Positions 4,948-10,042 of a stretch of 10,042 nucleotides of DNA are shown piece after piece. Position 1 is the stretch's first letter. Each line of letters begins with the position of its first letter. The notes beneath the pieces are model-generated. The model made no database searches. It was not told the DNA's origin and worked only from the letters and a program-made list of their open reading frames with translations. Position numbers and translations under genes: made by a program. Source of the stretch: an uncultured archaeon (lineage in GTDB: Archaea > Aenigmatarchaeota > Aenigmatarchaeia > GW2011-AR5); contig CAYJVT010000029.1 in the NCBI GenBank assembly GCA_964373695.1, positions 1-10,042 of the forward strand. Direction: 5' to 3'.

Positions 4948-5107
4948 CGAGCCCGGAGGGATTCGAACCCCCGACCTTCTGGTCCGAAGCCAGACGCTCT
5001 ATCCAGATTTCTCGGCAATCCCTTAAATTTGTGAAAGCCTTCCGTTCTTTGGGACATGCAAAGACCTTTCTTTCCAAGAAAGGGATTTGCCACTAAGCTA
5101 CGGGCCC
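4948..5107 (-). tRNA. tRNA-Arg(TCG) with an 85-nt D-loop intron (exon 1 5107-5093, exon 2 5007-4948); CCA not encoded
   Basis: Spliced sequence GGGCCCGTAGCTTAG|TCTGGATAGAGCGTCTGGCTTCGGACCAGAAGGTCGGGGGTTCGAATCCCTCCGGGCTCG folds into a cloverleaf. Acceptor GGGCCCG/CGGGCTC, D-stem GCTT/GAGC, anticodon stem TCTGG/CCAGA with loop CTTCGGA, T-arm GGGGG-TTCGAAT-CCCTC, discriminator G73. Confidence 0.93.
5008..5092 (-). other. Non-canonical tRNA intron at position 15/16 with a relaxed BHB motif
   Basis: Central helix GCUU/GAGA (3 pairs plus a G-A mismatch), bulges AG|U and AA|U, intron closing stem GGCAA(A)UCCC/GGGAUUGCC. The boundary could shift by 1 nt without changing the mature tRNA. Confidence 0.8.
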
Positions 5108-5148
5108 TTTAGTAAACTAATCGCTGCAGAGAATTAAAATAGAAATAA

Positions 5149-5598
5149 TCAGGGATTGCAGGCGCCTTCACTGCACCCGTTCGGGCACTTCTTCAGGGCA
5201 CTGGCCATCCCGCTTCCGTCGCAGTAATATTCCTTCAGTATGGTGCCGGAGCACGAGTCCTCAAACACGTAGGATGTGCCGCCGCTTGTCGCGGTGAGGG
5301 TTCCCCTAAGCCCGGCATTATTGCCGTCCGAGTCGGAGCACAAGTCTTGGACTGCGGCTTCCTTCTGTGCAACAGACTGCGCAACCGCGCCTTCACGGTT
5401 CGTCGCGAAGCCTGTGTATATTGGCGTCGCCAGAATGCCTATTATCAGCAGCAGCGCCGCCGCATAGGTCTTCTGATTGTGCCACATCGTCTGATTCCGG
5501 AAGCGGGGCGCATATTTCGCCGTCTTATTGCGGTTTTTCCTGAATGATAATGAGAGCCTAGCCATTTTCTTCATAGAAATCATTTTGTTTCGGAACAT
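5149..5598 (-). CDS. Membrane-anchored or exported Cys-rich protein with a C-DSDG...C...EYYC...CPNGC..GAC domain (start uncertain)
   Basis: Basic N-terminus, transmembrane-like YAAALLLIIGILATPIY, and a C-terminal six-Cys module of the kind I recall from DPANN surface proteins. Confidence 0.7.
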   Translation of the reverse strand: MFRNKMISMKKMARLSLSFRKNRNKTAKYAPRFRNQTMWHNQKTYAAALLLIIGILATPIYTGFATNREGAVAQSVAQKEAAVQDLCSDSDGNNAGLRGTLTATSGGTSYVFEDSCSGTILKEYYCDGSGMASALKKCPNGCSEGACNP

Positions 5599-5607
5599 AT
5601 AAATATA

Positions 5608-7020
5608 TTACTTGAGCATCTGTTCGAGGAGCTTCCTTATCGTGACCGGGTCGCCCCTGCCCTGAGTCTTGCGCATCACCTGGCCGACGAGGAAGTTGAA
5701 CGACTCCTTTCTCCCGGACTTGTAATCGAGCAGCGCCTTCGAGTTCTCGTTAAGAACGTCCTTTATGACGTCCTCGAGCTTCTCCTCGTCGTGTATTATG
5801 GAGACGTCGCTCTTCTTCATCATTTCCTCAGGATCCTCGGGCCTCTTCACCATATCCCTGAACAGGAGCTCGGCCGTGCGTTCCGTTATCCGCCTGTCGT
5901 ACATGAGCTGGAGCATCCTCGTGATGTGAAATTCCTTTATCCCCGTGTCCTTCAGTCTGATGTTGCTGAAGTTGAGCGTCTTTTTTATTTCGCCGGCGAA
6001 CCATCTCGCCGCAAAGTCCGCGTCAATCGTCTTTATGACCTTCTCGAACATCTCGGCGAGGTCCGGCTCAGAAGCTATGGAGACTGCAAGCTCCTCCTGT
6101 ATGCCCATCGACGCGTACTTCCTGACCTTGTCGCGGGCGAATTCCGGCATCGTCTCCTTTATAGTTCTTAGCATCCCGGCATCCACGCGTATCTTCGGTA
6201 TGTCGCCCTCGAAAATATAGCCGTAGTCCTCCTCCACTTCCTTTGCCCTGAGACTTCTTGTGACGCCGGCACCGGCATCCCACGACCTCGTCTCCTGCAC
6301 TATCTCCTTCTTCCTCGAATACAAAGTGCGCTGCCTGACTACTTCGTATTCCAAGGCCTTCTCGATGTCCTTGAATCCGGATATGTTCTTTATCTCGACG
6401 CGCTCGGAGCGCTTGAGTCCCGGTATGTCCTTCTGGTCCAGGGAAATGTTCGCATCTACTCTCATCGAACCCTCCATGTCAGGATTGAACGCATTCAGGT
6501 ATTGGAGCATCGTGGAAAGCTCCTGCAGGAAAAGCCTGGTCTGCTTCGGAGTTGTGAAATCCGGCTCCGTCACTATTTCGCACAAAGGCACGCCTGAGCG
6601 GTTGTAATCAACAAGCGCATAGCTTGCTGTTGTGATGCCGCCGCCTTCGTGAACTATCCTTGCCGGATCCTCCTCCAGGTTTATCCTCTTTATCCTTATC
6701 TCTTTTCCTGCGGCAGCAAGCTTTCCGTCTGTTGCTAGAGGCATCTCGTACTGCGTGACCTGGAAATTCTTCCCCATGTCAGGGTAGAAATATGATTTCC
6801 TTGAGAAGAATGTCTCCTTGGGCATCCTGCATCCGAGTGCCGTCGCTATCCTCAGAGCCATTTCCACGGCTTGCCTGTTGACGCGCGGCTTGCTTCCGGG
6901 CAGGCCTATGCAGTATGCGCACACGCGCGTGTTCGGCTCGCTGCTGAAGCCGTTCTCGCATCCGCAGAAGAGCTTTGTTTTCGTACTCAACTGACAGTGC
7001 ACTTCAAGACCGATTTTCAT
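5608..7020 (-). CDS. gatB: Asp-tRNA(Asn)/Glu-tRNA(Gln) amidotransferase subunit B
   Basis: Motifs IGLEVHCQL, YFYPD, RINLEED, DYNRSGVPLCEIVTEPD, GSMRVDANIS, EIKNISGF and C-terminal FLVGQVMRKTQGRGDP. Confidence 0.97.
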   Translation of the reverse strand: MKIGLEVHCQLSTKTKLFCGCENGFSSEPNTRVCAYCIGLPGSKPRVNRQAVEMALRIATALGCRMPKETFFSRKSYFYPDMGKNFQVTQYEMPLATDGKLAAAGKEIRIKRINLEEDPARIVHEGGGITTASYALVDYNRSGVPLCEIVTEPDFTTPKQTRLFLQELSTMLQYLNAFNPDMEGSMRVDANISLDQKDIPGLKRSERVEIKNISGFKDIEKALEYEVVRQRTLYSRKKEIVQETRSWDAGAGVTRSLRAKEVEEDYGYIFEGDIPKIRVDAGMLRTIKETMPEFARDKVRKYASMGIQEELAVSIASEPDLAEMFEKVIKTIDADFAARWFAGEIKKTLNFSNIRLKDTGIKEFHITRMLQLMYDRRITERTAELLFRDMVKRPEDPEEMMKKSDVSIIHDEEKLEDVIKDVLNENSKALLDYKSGRKESFNFLVGQVMRKTQGRGDPVTIRKLLEQMLK

Positions 7021-7574
7021 AGATTTTTCACCATTATTATCTCGTCAATAAACCTGCCCGAATGCTTGATGCCTTTCGGTATCCTGCCGGCCTCCCTGAA
7101 GCCGTGCTTCTTATAGAGGTTTATTGCAACCTTGTTCGGCCCGTACACCGAAAGGCGTATCATCCTGCATCCGATGTATTTCTTCGAACCGTCAATAAGC
7201 ATTTTCATTATCCTGTTCCCCAGGCCCATGCCCCTGAACTCTTTTACGACGCCTAGCGCTATGCTGCAGACATGCTTGTTCTTGTCGTGCGAGCCTCTTT
7301 CCGCCACTATCACCGATATTATTCTTCCGCCGCATTCCAGGACTATGCAGAACTTGTCGCCCTTCCTCATGCCTTCGAGCATCTTCTTCAGGTATTTCTT
7401 TTCCTCCTTCAGCGTCTTCTTCTTCGATTCGAGGATGTAGACCTTTTCGCTTATGAGGGAATTTATGTAATCCAAGAGGTTTCTTTCATCGCCTCTCTTC
7501 GGCAACCTCGCGGCAACTTCCCTTCCGTCTTCAAGTCTGAATCTGCCTATTTTCCTTCCGGGTGTCAGCTCCAT
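7017..7574 (-). CDS. GNAT-family N-acetyltransferase, 185 aa
   Basis: Acetyl-CoA motif LGVVKEFRGMGLGNRIM, then LSVYGPNKVAINLYKKHGFREAG and DEIIM. Overlaps gatB by ATGA and lies 3 nt from gatA. Confidence 0.9.
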   Translation of the reverse strand: MELTPGRKIGRFRLEDGREVAARLPKRGDERNLLDYINSLISEKVYILESKKKTLKEEKKYLKKMLEGMRKGDKFCIVLECGGRIISVIVAERGSHDKNKHVCSIALGVVKEFRGMGLGNRIMKMLIDGSKKYIGCRMIRLSVYGPNKVAINLYKKHGFREAGRIPKGIKHSGRFIDEIIMVKNL

Positions 7575-7577
7575 GTT

Positions 7578-8951
7578 TCATCGCGCCCTCTCGTAAGCCG
7601 CGGCGGCCCTTATGATGATGCCTTCCTGCATATGGTTCCCCATGAGATGAAGCCCGACGGACTTGTTCCTGCACGGCACCGATATCATTGGTATGCCGGC
7701 AAGATTTGCAGGCACCGTCAGGACGTCCATCTGGTACTGCTGAAGCGGCGTGAGCTTTTCTATGTCGGAGAATTTCGGCGGAAGCACCGGCATCGACGGC
7801 GCCGCAATGACGTCCACGCCCCCGAAGGCCTTTGCGAAGTCCTCTATAAGCAGCGTCCTTATCCTCATCGCCTTGACGTAATAGTGATCCCTGTAGCCTG
7901 ACATCCTCGCGAACGTTCCGAGTATGATGCGGCGCTTCGCTTCCTGGCCGAAGCCCTCGCTGCGCACATTGGAGAAATATTCGTTGGAGCTCCCCTCCAG
8001 TTTTCCGTGAAGGCCGTACCTCATGCCGCAGTACCTTGCAAGGTTCGTCGACGCCTCGGACGCGGCTATTATGTAGTAGGCGGCGAGGCTGTACTTGGTG
8101 TGCGGCAGCGATATCTCCCTGTAAGAGGCGCCTTCGCCCTCCAGATTTTTTATCGCGTCCCACACATTCTTTTCCACTTCCCCGTCTATGTTGGCGAAGT
8201 ACTCTTTCGGGACTCCTATCGTCATCTTCGCCACGCCGTCCAGGTACTGCAGGTAGTTCTGCCTTTGCGCCGGGAGCGACGTCATGTCCATGCCGTCGTG
8301 GCCGGCTATCACCGAAAGCATGAGGGCCGCATCGTGGACCTTCTTCGCTATCGTGCCTATCTTGTCCAGTGAGTTCGCGTAGTCTATGAGCCCGTACCTT
8401 GAGACGAGACCATATGTAGGCGTGAGCCCGACGACGCCGCAGAATGCTGCCGGGGCTGTTATGCTGCCCCCGGTGCTTTCGGCGAGGCTTATGTGCGGCA
8501 TGTCAAGAGCCGCTGTCAGTCCGCCGCTTCCTCCTGAGGAGCCGCCGCAAGTCCTCTCGGGGTCGTTTGGATTCTTTGGCACACCGTATCCCGAGTTTGT
8601 GGAGAACGTGCCGAACCCGAATTCGTCCTGGTTCGTCTTGCCTATTATGTTCCCCCCATCGTCAATTACGCGCCTGACAGCTGTGGCGTCGAAAGGCGGC
8701 ACATATCCCCGAAGAATCTTCGAGCCGGCGCAGCTTTCCATTCCCTTTACACATATACAATCCTTCACCGAGACCGGAAGCCCATAAAGGCCTTTTTTCG
8801 GCTGGCACGACATGCTGCCCGTGACGCGGAGAAAATTATGGCCTTTCCATTTAGAGAGTTCCTCGCGGAAGGCGCTTATGAAGTCCTGGTAATCTATGCC
8901 GCCGCTTTCGCTCTTGCGTATGAACTCCGAAACGGAAATATTATACTTCAT
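7578..8951 (-). CDS. gatA: Amidotransferase subunit A (amidase signature family)
   Basis: PVSVKDCI, GSKIL, GKTNQDEFGFG, GGSSGGSGG, ESTGGSI, GLTPTYGLVSRYGL, NLARYCG, GFGQEAKRRIILGT and TVPANLAGIP. Confidence 0.96.
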   Translation of the reverse strand: MKYNISVSEFIRKSESGGIDYQDFISAFREELSKWKGHNFLRVTGSMSCQPKKGLYGLPVSVKDCICVKGMESCAGSKILRGYVPPFDATAVRRVIDDGGNIIGKTNQDEFGFGTFSTNSGYGVPKNPNDPERTCGGSSGGSGGLTAALDMPHISLAESTGGSITAPAAFCGVVGLTPTYGLVSRYGLIDYANSLDKIGTIAKKVHDAALMLSVIAGHDGMDMTSLPAQRQNYLQYLDGVAKMTIGVPKEYFANIDGEVEKNVWDAIKNLEGEGASYREISLPHTKYSLAAYYIIAASEASTNLARYCGMRYGLHGKLEGSSNEYFSNVRSEGFGQEAKRRIILGTFARMSGYRDHYYVKAMRIRTLLIEDFAKAFGGVDVIAAPSMPVLPPKFSDIEKLTPLQQYQMDVLTVPANLAGIPMISVPCRNKSVGLHLMGNHMQEGIIIRAAAAYERAR

Positions 8952-9229
8952 ACGACCCTCGGCCCCTTGAAGAACCCCTTTTCCTTATGCTTAGTATTGG
9001 AAAGCGCCGCGTCCCTGCTTATACATTCCTCCTTCTCGTCCTCGCGGAGGGATGCTTCCATGGGGACTGGCTGGAAGGAAGGCTCCGACTCGGACGGCAT
9101 CGAGTTCAATATTTCAAAAGCCTTCAGTATTTCCTCCAAGTCCGCCTGCAGCTTTTTCGATTCGGCTGCCGTTATGCGGAGCCTTGCGAGGGAAGCGACG
9201 TGCTTTATCGTGTCTGGAGTGATCTTCAT
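8948..9229 (-). CDS. gatC: Amidotransferase subunit C, about 93 aa (start placed at MKITPDT; the track start is 9292)
   Basis: IKHVASLARL N-terminus, LREDE, ALSNTKHKEKGFFKGPRVV C-terminus. Overlaps the gatA start by ATGA. Confidence 0.9.
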   Translation of the reverse strand: MKITPDTIKHVASLARLRITAAESKKLQADLEEILKAFEILNSMPSESEPSFQPVPMEASLREDEKEECISRDAALSNTKHKEKGFFKGPRVV

Positions 9230-9266
9230 AGGTATAGTATTAAGTGCAATGTTAAAAAACAAAAAT

Positions 9267-9965
9267 TCATTTGTATTTTCCTTTTGTTTCATAGGGTTTC
9301 TTTGTTTTGTAAGCGTTGGTTTGTGCCATGTAAGAACTTAACATCTCGTTAAAGGGATTTTGTATTCCATAGCCGGACCGGGGGTTGTATCCGGAAGATG
9401 TTTTTTCATACGCATTACCTGACACCATATTCTTTATTTCCCTGCCGTATTTTTTTGTGCCTGCCCCGAGTTCTTCCTTTATCTTCATCCTTATCGAGAG
9501 ATCCAGATTATCGATAAGCGGCATGATTTGCCGGAGGGCTTCCTCCAAGTCCCGGTCAGTAACCTGCGACGGGTCGTTGAATACCCTGAACCTAAAGGAA
9601 GAATAATAATCAAGCTCTGAAGTCGGCCTGCTGAAAAAGAGTGACCAGGAAATATTCGAGCTGGCGATTTTTACATTTTTCAGGGTTCCGTTGTGAAAAA
9701 TCGTATAATCTATTTTACATCTGTCAAAAATGGTATCCTCAATATACCCGCCATTCCAGCTGCCGTAGAATATCTCGCAGTTGACGAATTTTGCACCTCT
9801 AATCTTGCAGTTAAAAAATGTGACAAATGAGAGTTTCGAGTCTTTGATAACTATATCGTTTATCATTTGGTCATGAAAATCGGCAAAATTTATTATAATG
9901 CTGGAAAAAAATCTTTTGCCTTGTTTGTATTGTTCGAGAAACTCCCTGCTTAGGAGGGCTTTCAT
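9267..9965 (-). CDS. Pentapeptide-repeat-like protein with a Tyr-rich C-terminal tail, 232 aa
   Basis: FLEQYKQGKRFF N-terminal cap, then 5-residue periodicity (GAKFV NCEIF, DTIFD RCKID YTIFH NGTLK NVKIA SSNIS WSLFF). TATA box TTTTAATA at 9987-9994. Confidence 0.75.
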   Translation of the reverse strand: MKALLSREFLEQYKQGKRFFSSIIINFADFHDQMINDIVIKDSKLSFVTFFNCKIRGAKFVNCEIFYGSWNGGYIEDTIFDRCKIDYTIFHNGTLKNVKIASSNISWSLFFSRPTSELDYYSSFRFRVFNDPSQVTDRDLEEALRQIMPLIDNLDLSIRMKIKEELGAGTKKYGREIKNMVSGNAYEKTSSGYNPRSGYGIQNPFNEMLSSYMAQTNAYKTKKPYETKGKYK

Positions 9966-10000
9966 AATGAATTCTTCTGAAGAGATTATTAAAATGAGTC

Positions 10001-10042
10001 TAGCAGCCGGCAGCCCGCCTCAAAGCCCCGTAGGGGCCGAAA
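10001..10042. other. GC-rich, possibly structured non-coding segment at the window edge, with hairpin GCCCC-GTA-GGGGC at 10025-10037
   Basis: Abrupt rise in GC content and a perfect 5-bp stem. It is truncated, so the RNA family cannot be identified. Confidence 0.25.

Larger units (their letters stand above)
547..4958. mobile_element. Putative tRNA-Arg-anchored genomic island or cassette array, with no integrase inside
   Basis: Bounded by identical 11-mers CGAGCCCGGAG at 547-557 and 4948-4958 (the tRNA 3' end). Cargo is toxin-antitoxin genes and RecQ. Hand-counted 60-nt lines gave about 33% GC (relE) and 47-48% (recQ) versus 55-60% (gatA/gatB). Confidence 0.7.

Noticed and set aside
4857-5093. 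N-terminal extension of track ORF 4614..5093, and + strand ORFs 4709..5026 and 4756..5034
   Set aside because: They run through the tRNA and its intron. Their peptides (e.g. GPEGRGFES, GGIRTPDL) are typical artefacts of translating tRNA sequence.
9230-9292. Longer gatC start at 9292
   Set aside because: It overlaps the upstream gene and adds 21 residues unlike GatC. MKITPDT (9229) matches the usual GatC N-terminus and length.
5791-9352. Many overlapping or antisense ORFs across gatB, GNAT, gatA and gatC (e.g. 7272..7901, 7531..8163, 8838..9341)
   Set aside because: They are expected in GC-rich coding DNA, overlap well-supported genes completely and show no family features.

Overview
Probably archaeal DNA, likely DPANN-type. 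This is inferred from a tRNA intron with a relaxed bulge-helix-bulge motif, TATA boxes 22-30 nt upstream of start codons, and a Cys-rich DSDG protein. The right half looks like core genome on the minus strand: a pentapeptide-repeat gene, gatC-gatA-GNAT-gatB, a Cys-rich exported protein, and tRNA-Arg(TCG) with an 85-nt D-loop intron. Downstream of the tRNA lies a ~4.4 kb accessory island (547-4958) with no integrase gene. Three dispersed ~28-35 bp repeats (547-581, 2897-2927, 3516-3543) cut it into modules, and each repeat begins with an exact or degenerate copy of the tRNA 3' end. The modules carry (i) a small Zn-finger gene, an HTH-MNT gene and a frameshifted HEPN gene, (ii) a RelE-like toxin tail-to-tail with a 46-aa putative antitoxin that the ORF track missed, and (iii) a bacterial-type RecQ. 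The most interesting reading is a tRNA-anchored, integron-like array of cassettes each bounded by an att-like site. The repeats are seen directly; the mechanism is inference.
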